Origin: Candidatus Entotheonellaceae bacterium
Lineage (GTDB): Bacteria > Tectomicrobia > Entotheonellia > Entotheonellales > Entotheonellaceae
Assembly (NCBI GenBank): GCA_965238075.1
Contig: OZ250173.1
Location: 2,528,001 to 2,592,000, forward strand
Reading direction: 5' to 3'
DNA length: 64,000 bases
This document shows positions 47,243-56,950 of the stretch, piece after piece. The stretch's first letter is position 1; each line of letters starts with the position of its first letter. The notes beneath the pieces are model-generated. The model saw only the letters and a program-made list of their open reading frames with translations. It was not told where the DNA came from and did no database searches. The position numbers were made by a program, and so were the translations under genes.

Positions 47243-47790
47243 ACGTGCGGTCGCTTTACCCGGCGACTGACCCAGGGCGAGACGCACACCCTGTACGGCC
47301 CGACGGAACCGGCGCTGCCGCGTCATGACCAGGCTGCGTTGGGGGGCTGGTGCCGTTTTGGGCGAAGGATGTCAGGATGGGTGCGCGGTTGATCAATGCG
47401 AGGGCGGAGACGGTGAGCGATAAGCCAGCGTACCGGGCGGGGCAAACAGCCCTGGTTTGTCGCCTTGGCGGACGGCGCACCGGTGTTGTTCGCGGCGTTG
47501 TGGGAACGCTGGGACAAGGACGGAGAATCTCTGGAGTCCTTAACCATCGTCAACGACGGCGGCCGCGCCGCAGCTTGCCGACATCCATGACCGGCAGCCG
47601 GCGATCATCGATCCCGACCGGCTTGACGACTGACTCGATCCGGACTCGCCGGTACCGCGACTCCTCAAGTTGGTGCGCGAGCCCCACCGCCGGCCCTTAC
47701 GAGACGCGGCCCGTCAGCACCAGGGAGAACAGTGTCCGGAACGACGATCCGGATATCCTGGTCCCGATGTCAGAGAGGAGGCTCTTTTGA
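47243..47790 (+). pseudogene. SOS response-associated peptidase (SRAP/YedK) pseudogene
   Basis: GGAGGA then ACG-CGRF (mutated start); LINARAETV, FAALWERW, IHDRQP motifs in different frames with deletions. Confidence 0.85.
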
Positions 47791-48027
47791 GCGAGGCGGC
47801 GGAAATGTGCTTGACGACGCTTCCGTCACGAAATCTCGCAGTGCCAATTCTCCGATTCTGCGTTTTATATCTCGCGTTGTTTAACAGCCCTTTTCGCCTT
47901 GGCCCCCGAAATCGACATTTCCCAACTCGCCTCGGTAGGTATCCACCCGAAGCCGGGCCACGGGGTCCGGCTGATCACCAGACAGCCGCAGCACGGAGCC
48001 CGTTGTGGATGCCTTTGTTACGAGTCG

Positions 48028-48612
48028 TCATAGCTTTCGAGCCTCTTCCCATAGACGTTCTTTACCCACGGATTGATACCATTTCTCAAAGTCCGAGCGG
48101 TACTGCTGCCAAGGCTCAGAGAGATTCTCCCTGGGATCTTGGCCCAGCGAGTACGCCATTCCTTCCTCAAACCAAGTGGGGCTGCGCCACTGCTTTAAAA
48201 CGCCCAGCCGTTCGGCCTGTAAATGATGGATCATCTCATGACGAATATAGTAGTTTTTCCACCCGTGTGGACCAATAACAATGCCAGATATGCCTACGGT
48301 GTTCGCGGCCGCTCTGCTAAATCCAAAAGATTGAAAACAGGCTTTCGAATCGCAGAAGATTATGCGAGGCTTCTTTTCGATGGCGTCAACCAATGAGTTC
48401 ACAAATCCATAAGCTTCGTCATACAACCTCGCTGCTTCCTCATAGCGCGACCCATTGTCCGTGCAAATAACTTCACTGACACACGACACGCCATTCAGTT
48501 CAGGTGCAAGAACTCGTGTCGGTTTGTAAAACGCCCAGGCAGCCACTGGGGCGCAGAATAAGCAGATAAGCAGAAGACGTTTCAGTATATGATGGTCTAG
48601 CCGCACAACCAT
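48028..48612 (-). CDS. Exported HEXXH zinc-peptidase-like hypothetical protein, lower GC
   Basis: Signal-like N-terminus; IRHEMIHH...PTWFEEGMA. Confidence 0.65.
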   Translation of the reverse strand: MVVRLDHHILKRLLLICLFCAPVAAWAFYKPTRVLAPELNGVSCVSEVICTDNGSRYEEAARLYDEAYGFVNSLVDAIEKKPRIIFCDSKACFQSFGFSRAAANTVGISGIVIGPHGWKNYYIRHEMIHHLQAERLGVLKQWRSPTWFEEGMAYSLGQDPRENLSEPWQQYRSDFEKWYQSVGKERLWEEARKL

Positions 48613-48715
48613 TGGTTGTTCTTTTGGCCTAGTTGACCTAAGCCTGTCCTGTTCCTACCGAGACGCTGGAATCTAAATCACACCCCTGTCTTATCGGTCA
48701 TGCAAGTGACTCGAT

Positions 48716-49937
48716 CACGCCTTTTCCGTCCTTGACGAACGGTCGGAATTCCCTTTATCTATCGGAAAAGAAGTTCGAATACAAGAATGCCGCTGCGCGC
48801 TGGTTTCTCAGGAGAGATGACATGAACGCCACCATGACGACATTATTGCAGCCAGCCGGCGCGGTGTTTCATCGTTGCGCCCTGCAAGTGAATCCGCACC
48901 CCGACGGCGATGCGCCGTCCCATGCCGCGGCGGTTGTAGCCAAGGCCGTCGAGCTTGGCGTGTCCGTGCTTGCCGTTAACGGACCCAGCGGTGTGGCGGT
49001 GTTCCGCACCGCGGCCGCGGGTCAGGGTATCATCCTATTTCCGGGATTTGAGTTGACGTCCGCCGAGGATATTCATGTCCTGTGCATCTACCCACCAGAC
49101 ACCGACGAGGGCCAACTCGAACAGTTCCTCGGCCAGCTCGGAGTTGACCGTTTCGCGTCTTCCGCCGACCCGTCGAGCGTATCGTTCGAGAACGTGCTGA
49201 CGAGGGTTCGCGTACAGGGCGGTGTCGCGATTGCCGCACATGCGGCGCCCGACGGCGGCCTGTTCGACGGCCTGTCGCCCCAGGCGTGGCGCACCGAGGA
49301 CCTGCTCGCCGTCCGCATTCCGGGACCCGTCGAGGAACTTCCTGAAGATGTGCGTCGCATCCTTGAGAACCGGAGCGCGGACTACCGGCGCGTTCATCCC
49401 GCGGGTGACAAGCAGGCGGTGGCCGTGATCAACGCAAAGGACGTTACGACCGCTGCGGACCTCGAACACCCCGCCGCCACCTGCCGCATCAAGATGTCCA
49501 CGGTGAGCATCGAGGGCTTGCGGCAGGCGTTTCTGGACCCGGACTCGCGCATCCGCCTCAATCGCCAGGACGGCGAATCGGAGGCCGAGGCGCACACCGA
49601 GTTGATGAGCCTTGCGTGGGAGGGGGGCTTTCTGGACGGCGCCAGCATCTCGCTGAACCCGAACCTCAACGTCCTGGTCGGCGGCCACGGCGCCGGCAAG
49701 TCAACGATTATCGAAAGCCTGCGCTACGTGCTGGCCTTGGACCCCGTCGGCGAAGAGGCGGGCAAGGCCCATCAAGGCATCGTGCGCCACGTGCTGCGCA
49801 GCGGCACCAAGGTCTCGCTGCGGGTGCGCTGCTATCGCCCGGCGACGCGCGAGTATTTGATCGAGCGCACCGTTCCCAACCCGCCCGTGATTCGCGATGA
49901 AAACGGCCTGGTCTCCAGCCTGCTGCCCAGGGACATC
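48716..49937 (+). repeat. Direct repeat B (upstream region and 5' part of the Ppl-like gene); partner at 61554-62790
   Basis: Near-identical, with scattered substitutions and in-frame indels of 9 and 6 bp. Confidence 0.93.
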
Positions 49938-50006
49938 GACCGCATGACGAGCATGGAATCGCTGACCTTCACGGAAGAATTCATCAAGTACGGGATGGGC
50001 GAGTAG
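48822..50006 (+). pseudogene. Truncated PHP-ABC ATPase (Ppl-like) fused in frame to the last 22 aa of Def
   Basis: GGHGAGKST Walker A; ...LLPRDI|DRMTSMESLTFTEEFIKYGMGE. Confidence 0.85.
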
Positions 50007-50542
50007 GGACCCCGGCCGACGGCTGGGGCGGGTCGCCGCGCAGCCGGTCGAGGGCCCAGGCGGCGTGCTCGTGTATGAGCGGTTCGTCGTCCTGTAGCAG
50101 GTCTTCAAGCACCGGAATGAAGGCGCGATTGCCGGAATTGCCCATCGCCACGCAGATATTGCGCAGCAGGCCGCGCCGCTTGGGGCGTTCGAGAGCGGTG
50201 CCGCGGAAGCGTTGCCGGAAGGTTTCGGGGGTCAGGCGGGCCAGTTCTTCGAGGTCCGGATGGACGTGCTGCGGGCGGGGTTGCAGGCCGGGCTCGGCGC
50301 TGAAATGGCGTTTGCGGTTCCAGGGGCAGACGTCCTGGCAGCGGGTGCAGGTGCCGCAATGGTCGGGCATTGGGTGGTCGATGTCCAGCGGCACCGTCAG
50401 AACGAGGACGCCGAGGAGCAGCCAGCAGCCGAGCCGCTTGTTGAGCAGGCAGGCGTTCTTGCCGAACCAGCCGAGGCCGGCGTATTTTGCATACACCCGC
50501 TCGACCACCGGCCCGGTGTCCACGTACAACTTGCTGGCTGCC
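49938..50542 (-). pseudogene. Diverged duplicate of the def 3' end and queG 3' part, with 150-bp internal deletion
   Basis: Aligns to 40281-41035 minus 40681-40830; many synonymous changes. Confidence 0.9.
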
Positions 50543-50604
50543 CTGGTGACAGGTCAGGGGTTTCGTCCATTTGCCGACGCCTCGGAATCAATGAGGAATA
50601 AAAA

Positions 50605-53046
50605 ATGGCCCTCAAAAAGTCCCAACTGTACGCCTCGCTCTGGCAGAGTTGTGACGAGCTTCGCGGTGGCATGGATGCTTCGCAGTACAAGGATTACGTT
50701 CTGACCCTGCTGTTCATGAAGTACGTGTCGGACAAATACGCCGGCAGGCCGGACGCGCTCATCGACGTGCCCGATGGCGGCGGCTTTGCCGACATGGTGC
50801 GGCTCAAGGGCGACAAGGAGATTGGCGACAAGATCAACAAGATCATCGCTCGGCTCGCCGAGGCCAATGACCTCAAGGGTGTCATCGACCAAGCCGACTT
50901 CAACGACGCGGGCAAGCTCGGCGCCGGCAAGGAGATGCAGGACCGGCTCTCCAGGCTGGTGGCCATTTTCGACGGTCTTGACTTCCGTGCCAACCGTGCC
51001 GAGGGGGACGACCTGCTCGGCGACGCCTACGAATACCTGATGCGCCACTTCGCCACCGAGTCGGGCAAGAGCAAGGGACAGTTCTACACCCCGGCCGAAG
51101 TGTCGCGCATCATGGCCAAAGTGATCGGCATCGGCGTCGACACCCGCCAGGACCAGACGATCTACGACCCCACCTGCGGCTCCGGCTCGCTGCTCCTCAA
51201 GGCCGCCGACGAGGCGCCGCACGGCATTACCGTCTACGGGCAGGAGATGGACAACGCCACCTGGGCGCTGGCGCGGATGAACATGATCCTGCACGGTCAC
51301 CCGACCGCCGAGTTGTGGCGCAGCAACACGCTGGCCGACCCCTATTTCAAGAACCCTGACGGCGGTCTCAAGACCTTCGACTTCGCCGTTGCCAATCCCC
51401 CTTTCTCAGCCAAGGCGTGGTCCAGCGGTCTCGATCCGGCCCACGACGAATTCGGCCGTTTCGAGTTCGGCATCCCGCCGGTCAAGAACGGCGATTATGC
51501 CTTTCTCCTGCACCTCATCACGTCGCTCAAGAGCAAGGGCAAGGGTGCCATCATTCTGCCTCACGGCGTGCTGTTTCGCGGCAACAAAGAGGCTGATATC
51601 CGCCGGATGCTCATACGGCGCGGCCTGATCAAGGGCATCATCGGCCTGCCCGCCAATCTCTTCTATGGCACCGGCATCCCAGCCTGCATCCTGGTCGTCG
51701 ACAAAGAGTACGCCCACGCTCGCAGCGGTATCTTCATGATCGACGCGAGCAAGGGTTTCCTCAAGGACGGCAACAAGAATCGCCTGCGCGCCCAGGACAT
51801 CCACCGGATCGTCGACGTGTTTACCAAGCAGGCCGAGGTGCCGCGTTATTCCCGCATGGTGCCGCTGGCCGAGATCGCCAGCCCCGCCAACGACTACAAC
51901 CTCAACATCCCGCGCTACATCGACGCCAGCGAGCCGGAGGACCTGCACGACCTCGACGCCCACCTGAATGGCGGTATCCCCAACCGAGACATTGACGACT
52001 TAAGCCCTTACTGGTCCGTCTTTCCCTCCCTGCGCCAGGTGTTGTTCGCAGACAACGGGCGAACGGGTTACAGCGAGGCCCGGGTCGAGACGCAGCAGGT
52101 GAAAGCCGCCATCCTCGGCCACGACGAGTTCGAGCCCTACCGGGAGCAGGTCGCGGCCATCCTCGACGGCTGGCGTGAGAGTCATGAACCGCTTCTCAAG
52201 AGAATTGAGTCCGACGCGAACCCCAAGGACGTCATCCACACCCTGTCGGAAGACCTGCTCGCGCGTTTCGCTGCCCTGCCGCTGCTTGACCCTTATGACG
52301 TCTACCAGCGGCTGTTGGATTACTGGGACGAGACGATGCAGGATGACGTCTACCTCATCGTCGCCGATGGTTGGGTGGAGGCGGCCAAGCCGCGTGGCAT
52401 CATCGAGGATAAGGAAAGGAAACTCAAAGAGACGCCGGACCTGACCATCGGACGTAAGAAGTACAAGATGGATCTGATTCCCCCGGCCTTCGTTGTTGCG
52501 CGGTATTCTGCTGCCGAGCAGGCCACCCTTGAGCAATTCCAGGCCGAGCAGGACACAGCCGCCCGCGAGTTGGAGGCGTTCGTTGAGGAGTGCACCGGCG
52601 AGGAAGGTCTGCTGACGGACGCGGTCAACGATAAGGGCAAGGTGACCAGGGCGGGCGTGAAGGACCGGCTCAAGACCATTCAGCACGAGCCGGAGAGTGG
52701 CGAGGAACAGGCTGCTCTCCAGCGCTGCCTTGCCCTGATCGAGGCTGAATCCAGTACGGGCAAGGCCGTCAAGGACGTCCAGACCAAGCTGGATCAACGG
52801 GTGCTGGCCCGCTACGCGATGCTCACCGAGACCGAGATCAAGACGCTGGTAGTCGAGGACAAATGGCTCGCTACTATTCGGGAGGCTGTCGAAGGTGAAA
52901 TGCAGCGGTTGACCCAGCAGCTTGCCGGGCGCGTGAAAGAGTTGGAGGAGCGCTACGCACAGCCGTTGCCGGAGTTGGAGCAGGAGGTGGAAGCGTTCGG
53001 TGCCAAGGTCGAGGGGCACTTGAAGCGGATGGGATTGTCGTTATAA
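50605..53046 (+). CDS. hsdM: Type I RM methyltransferase subunit
   Basis: LRGGMDASQYKDY, GQFYTP, YDPTCGSG, ANPPF, YNLNIPRYI. Confidence 0.96.
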   Translation: MALKKSQLYASLWQSCDELRGGMDASQYKDYVLTLLFMKYVSDKYAGRPDALIDVPDGGGFADMVRLKGDKEIGDKINKIIARLAEANDLKGVIDQADFNDAGKLGAGKEMQDRLSRLVAIFDGLDFRANRAEGDDLLGDAYEYLMRHFATESGKSKGQFYTPAEVSRIMAKVIGIGVDTRQDQTIYDPTCGSGSLLLKAADEAPHGITVYGQEMDNATWALARMNMILHGHPTAELWRSNTLADPYFKNPDGGLKTFDFAVANPPFSAKAWSSGLDPAHDEFGRFEFGIPPVKNGDYAFLLHLITSLKSKGKGAIILPHGVLFRGNKEADIRRMLIRRGLIKGIIGLPANLFYGTGIPACILVVDKEYAHARSGIFMIDASKGFLKDGNKNRLRAQDIHRIVDVFTKQAEVPRYSRMVPLAEIASPANDYNLNIPRYIDASEPEDLHDLDAHLNGGIPNRDIDDLSPYWSVFPSLRQVLFADNGRTGYSEARVETQQVKAAILGHDEFEPYREQVAAILDGWRESHEPLLKRIESDANPKDVIHTLSEDLLARFAALPLLDPYDVYQRLLDYWDETMQDDVYLIVADGWVEAAKPRGIIEDKERKLKETPDLTIGRKKYKMDLIPPAFVVARYSAAEQATLEQFQAEQDTAARELEAFVEECTGEEGLLTDAVNDKGKVTRAGVKDRLKTIQHEPESGEEQAALQRCLALIEAESSTGKAVKDVQTKLDQRVLARYAMLTETEIKTLVVEDKWLATIREAVEGEMQRLTQQLAGRVKELEERYAQPLPELEQEVEAFGAKVEGHLKRMGLSL

Positions 53047-53120
53047 GGCAGGTATTCGTACCACTGCATTGAGGATCCGGAAGCGTGGTTCTGGCCACCT
53101 TCAACCCAAGGAGAAGCATC

Positions 53121-53396
53121 ATGTCCGTATCAAAACCTCTGTACAGCAAAGAGGAGTTCGCTCGCCGCGGTGATGAGATTTACGACCGCGAGATAAGCCC
53201 TCATGTCGGCCCTGACGACGAAGGTAAATTCGTGGTCATCGACATTGAGACGGGAGCTTATGAGATTGATCAGGACGAACTGGCAGCATCCGACCGGCTT
53301 CTTGCCCGCAGACTCGATGCACAAATGTGGACAAGGCAGGTTGGATCCCGGTATGCCCGCCGCTTTGGCCCGCGCTACAGGGCGAGTGGTGCATGA
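53121..53396 (+). CDS. Small protein of the type that precedes clan AA proteases (DUF5678-like)
   Basis: EEFARRGDEIY...GKFVVIDIETGAYEID; AAGGAG RBS; ATGA overlap with the next gene. Confidence 0.75.
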   Translation: MSVSKPLYSKEEFARRGDEIYDREISPHVGPDDEGKFVVIDIETGAYEIDQDELAASDRLLARRLDAQMWTRQVGSRYARRFGPRYRASGA

Positions 53397-53764
53397 TAAC
53401 CGGCCACGTTACTGCGTACCGAGAGGCCGTCATACCTCTGAATGTGGATGGACCTAGAAACCGGGGGCGAGAGATCAATGCGGTTGTCGATACAGGTTTC
53501 AACGGTTTCCTGACGCTTCCTGCATCCCTCATTCAAGAGCTGGGCCTTGTCTGGCGTCGGCGAGGACGGGCTACGCTGGCCGACGGCAGTGACAGCGTCT
53601 TCGATATCTACGAGGCCACCGTCATATGGGATGGAAGACCGCGACGGATTGCTGTGGACGAGGCTGACTGTGATCCTCTTGTCGGCATGTCGTTGCTTTA
53701 CGGCTGTGAGTTGATCGTTCAAATCGTAGATGGAGGCCGTGTGTCCATATGTCCTCTGCCATAG
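53393..53764 (+). CDS. Clan AA (retropepsin-like) aspartic protease, AF_0612-like
   Basis: VVDTGFNGFLTLP, LADGS, PLVGMSLL. Confidence 0.88.
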   Translation: MITGHVTAYREAVIPLNVDGPRNRGREINAVVDTGFNGFLTLPASLIQELGLVWRRRGRATLADGSDSVFDIYEATVIWDGRPRRIAVDEADCDPLVGMSLLYGCELIVQIVDGGRVSICPLP

Positions 53765-53808
53765 CTAAAGTGTAGGAGGGAATTTGGAAATCGGGGAGGC
53801 GCAGACGG

Positions 53809-55068
53809 GTGAATAGCGGGCATGGGACAATGGATAGCGTCCTTGGAGATGGACGCCGTGCGCTATCGGAAGAGGTGCCGGTGGGTTGCAAGCGGACTGA
53901 GGTGGGGGTGATTCCCGAGGAATGGAACACACATCCTCTTCGTGACGACATATCATTGCTCTCAGGTCATCATGTTCTAGCCCATAACTGCAATATCCGT
54001 GGGGACGGAACTCCTTACGTGACTGGACCAGCCGATTTTCCAGATGGTCGGATCAAGCAGACAAAATTTACGACTAAACCGACGACGATCTGTAGAGCAG
54101 GGGACATTCTTGTTACGGTGAAAGGATCAGGCTCCGGCACGTTAGTCGAGGCTGATACGGAATACTGCATCAGCCGGCAACTCATGGCTATTCGCACAAC
54201 TGCGTGGAATCCAACATTCCTGCTGTATTCGCTTCTTCAGAACGCCTCGCGCATCAAAGCGGCTTCTACAGGTTTGATTCCGGGGCTCTCTCGATCAGAC
54301 ATATTGGATCAGACGATCCCTCTGCCTAATGACACCGCCGAGCAACGCGCCATCACCGAGGCGTTGTCGGATGTGGATAAATTGCTCGGGTCGTTGGAGG
54401 CGCTGATCGCCAAGAAGCGGACTATCAAGCAGGCCGCGATGCAGCAACTCCTTACCGGCAAGACCCGTCTGCCGGGGTTCGGTGGGGCGTGGGAGACGAA
54501 ACAGCTTGAGCACCTTGTCGATTGTCTCGATCACGTTCGCATACCCTTGAACGAAGCACAGCGATCAAACATGCCGGGTCCCTATCCATATTGTGGCGCC
54601 AACGGAGTCCTTGATTACGTGAACAATTTTATTCTTGACGATGACGTGATTCTGATTGCTGAGGATGGTGGATACTTTGACGAATATGCTCACCGGCCAA
54701 TAGCGTATCGTATGTCAGGAAAGATATGGGTGAACAACCACGCACATATCCTCAAAGCCAAGCGTGGTTACAGTCAGGGATTCCTGTATTTCTCGCTAGC
54801 GCATAAGAACGTCCTTCCTTATCTGGCCAGCGGGACTCGTGCGAAACTTAACAAGTCTGAGTTGAACAGGATTGAGATCTACCTCCCACTCCAAAATGGT
54901 GAACAGCGCGCCATAGCCACCGTCCTCTCTGACATGGATTCCGAAATCGTCTCACTGGAGCGGCGCCGGGACAAGACTCGCGCCATCAAACAGGGCATGA
55001 TGCAGCAACTCCTCACCGGCCGGGTTCGGTTGGTGAGCGATCAGGAAGTAAATGACTATGGCCCATAA
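53809..55068 (+). CDS. hsdS: Type I RM specificity subunit
   Basis: TEVGVIPEEW; two TRDs with repeated EQRAI..LSD.D and KQ..MQQLLTG. Confidence 0.93.
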   Translation: MNSGHGTMDSVLGDGRRALSEEVPVGCKRTEVGVIPEEWNTHPLRDDISLLSGHHVLAHNCNIRGDGTPYVTGPADFPDGRIKQTKFTTKPTTICRAGDILVTVKGSGSGTLVEADTEYCISRQLMAIRTTAWNPTFLLYSLLQNASRIKAASTGLIPGLSRSDILDQTIPLPNDTAEQRAITEALSDVDKLLGSLEALIAKKRTIKQAAMQQLLTGKTRLPGFGGAWETKQLEHLVDCLDHVRIPLNEAQRSNMPGPYPYCGANGVLDYVNNFILDDDVILIAEDGGYFDEYAHRPIAYRMSGKIWVNNHAHILKAKRGYSQGFLYFSLAHKNVLPYLASGTRAKLNKSELNRIEIYLPLQNGEQRAIATVLSDMDSEIVSLERRRDKTRAIKQGMMQQLLTGRVRLVSDQEVNDYGP

Positions 55069-56950
55069 TCGTTACCCAAAAGATATAGTGCTGACGGTGG
55101 AGGACTTTGCCGAATGTGGCTGGAAGGAGGTATTGGCGGGCACGGATCGTGAGGACTTTCTTGAAGACTATCCCTTTAGACAGCACGCTTTCTCTGATGC
55201 CGCGAAGCAAGCCCTCAGCGAAGGTCGTCAAGCGTACGGCAAGGCGCTGGAACTGCTAGCCGATGCCTGTTCGATGATGCTCTCGCCCGACAGTGTCAAC
55301 GAGCCTTTTAAGCCCGTTGCAGATTTTCGTCCTAGTGGCGGTGGGTGCTCAACTATCCCGGACAACTTCCCTGAAGCCGACATCGCCTTCTTCGCGCAGA
55401 TCGTCGATTTAATTGACGATCCGTGGCTGAAAGCTCGCCTGGCCGATGTTGTGTGGCTCAGGCAAAAACCGCGGAAAGTGAGCTTCGCGACTGAAGCAAT
55501 AGATGCTTATCGATTGGTCCCGCTGGACGAGAAAATTTGGAGACATGGTGCGAGGGATTGCTGGGAGCGCGCCATTAGGTTGGCGCGTACGCTGAGAGGA
55601 GGGGCCGGTGATCGTTTGAAGGACATGGAGACAAAAATCATTGAGTCCTTCCATGCCGCCACTCAAGAGGAGAAGATACTTGCTCTTGATTTGGCAGACT
55701 TGCTCAAGGACACCAAACTCGGGCAAAGTCATGCGATGGATCTGGCACAGGGACTTAAATCTATAGCCGCTGCAGTTGATGGCAAATGGCGGCCCTGCGA
55801 TGTGCGTGATTTATTTGAAGCCGCGTCTGATTGGTGCATGGCGGCCAACGTCCACACAGAATCAGCAGTAAGTAAGGTCAAATTGGCCGAAAGCTTGGAA
55901 AGAGAGGCTACCGTCAGAACTTCGCTTGGGCAACATATAGTGGCTGCGCGTCTTTATGAAGAAGCCATTCAGACCTACCGTACCATTCCACGGTCAGAGC
56001 GAGCAAAACATCGGAGAGACAAGCGAATTGACGAGCTACGGGTACGTCTCAACGAATCCAGAAAGAAATCGTTGGATGAGATGAACCTCATTGAGACTCC
56101 TAGGGTGAATATCGGTCAACTTGTCGAAGATGTTCGCAATACAGTAGGGAATAAAGAGCCAAGCGAGGCATTGAAGGAATTTGTCAACCTTTATTCTGGC
56201 GCAAACGCCAAAGAACTGCGTGAAAAGGCAACAGAGCTATTGCAAACGCACCCATTCCACGCCTTGTCTTCCGAAACGGTTATGAGCCGTGACGGGCGCG
56301 TCATCGCCAAACGGCCAGGAATGAGCCCCAGCGACACACCCTCTGAGGCCGAGGCCGATGAAATACGCATCCGCTCCGAGATGATCCGCAATTACAGCCT
56401 TCACGTCGATCTTGTCGTCCAAGGGCTCATCCTGCCCGCACAAGAGATTCTCCTTCTGGAACATCGCTTGCGGGAATCCGAATTCATTCATCTCGCCAAG
56501 CAGTCTCCTATCGTGCCTATAGGGCGGGAACTACTCTTCGGCAAAGCATTGTTCGCAGGTTATGACCGCGATTTTGTCACGGCTCTCCATATTCTGGTGC
56601 CGCAGATTGAGCACATGGTGCGCTTTCACCTGAAACAGGCGAAAGTGAAAACCACGAACCTGGACAGCAACGGGATAGAGACCGAGAATAGTCTGAATTC
56701 TCTTATGGACCTTCCAGAAACCGAAAAGATATTCGGCGAGAACCCCAGTTTCGAATTTAGAGCGCTCTTCTGCGACTCCTTTGGACCGAATCTCCGGAAT
56801 GAACTCGCACACGGTCTGCTTGATGATGAGGCGTGCCAGTCCGTCTACGCGATCTATGCGTGGTGGCTTGGGTTGAAGTTGGTCTTCAACACCTTCTGGA
56901 ATGCCGCGCGTCGGAACGCCGAAAAGAGTGGCCAAAGGGAAGAGACATGA
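55052..56950 (+). CDS. DUF4209-type protein with C-terminal HEPN-like RxxxxH motif
   Basis: HILVPQIEHMVR...GPNLRNELAHGLL; helical N-terminal region; lower GC. Confidence 0.78.
   Translation: MTMAHNRYPKDIVLTVEDFAECGWKEVLAGTDREDFLEDYPFRQHAFSDAAKQALSEGRQAYGKALELLADACSMMLSPDSVNEPFKPVADFRPSGGGCSTIPDNFPEADIAFFAQIVDLIDDPWLKARLADVVWLRQKPRKVSFATEAIDAYRLVPLDEKIWRHGARDCWERAIRLARTLRGGAGDRLKDMETKIIESFHAATQEEKILALDLADLLKDTKLGQSHAMDLAQGLKSIAAAVDGKWRPCDVRDLFEAASDWCMAANVHTESAVSKVKLAESLEREATVRTSLGQHIVAARLYEEAIQTYRTIPRSERAKHRRDKRIDELRVRLNESRKKSLDEMNLIETPRVNIGQLVEDVRNTVGNKEPSEALKEFVNLYSGANAKELREKATELLQTHPFHALSSETVMSRDGRVIAKRPGMSPSDTPSEAEADEIRIRSEMIRNYSLHVDLVVQGLILPAQEILLLEHRLRESEFIHLAKQSPIVPIGRELLFGKALFAGYDRDFVTALHILVPQIEHMVRFHLKQAKVKTTNLDSNGIETENSLNSLMDLPETEKIFGENPSFEFRALFCDSFGPNLRNELAHGLLDDEACQSVYAIYAWWLGLKLVFNTFWNAARRNAEKSGQREET

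Noticed and set aside
48716-50542. Simple exact-repeat assembly duplication
   Set aside because: Copies differ by many substitutions and in-frame indels; a strain chimera remains possible and is noted in the finding
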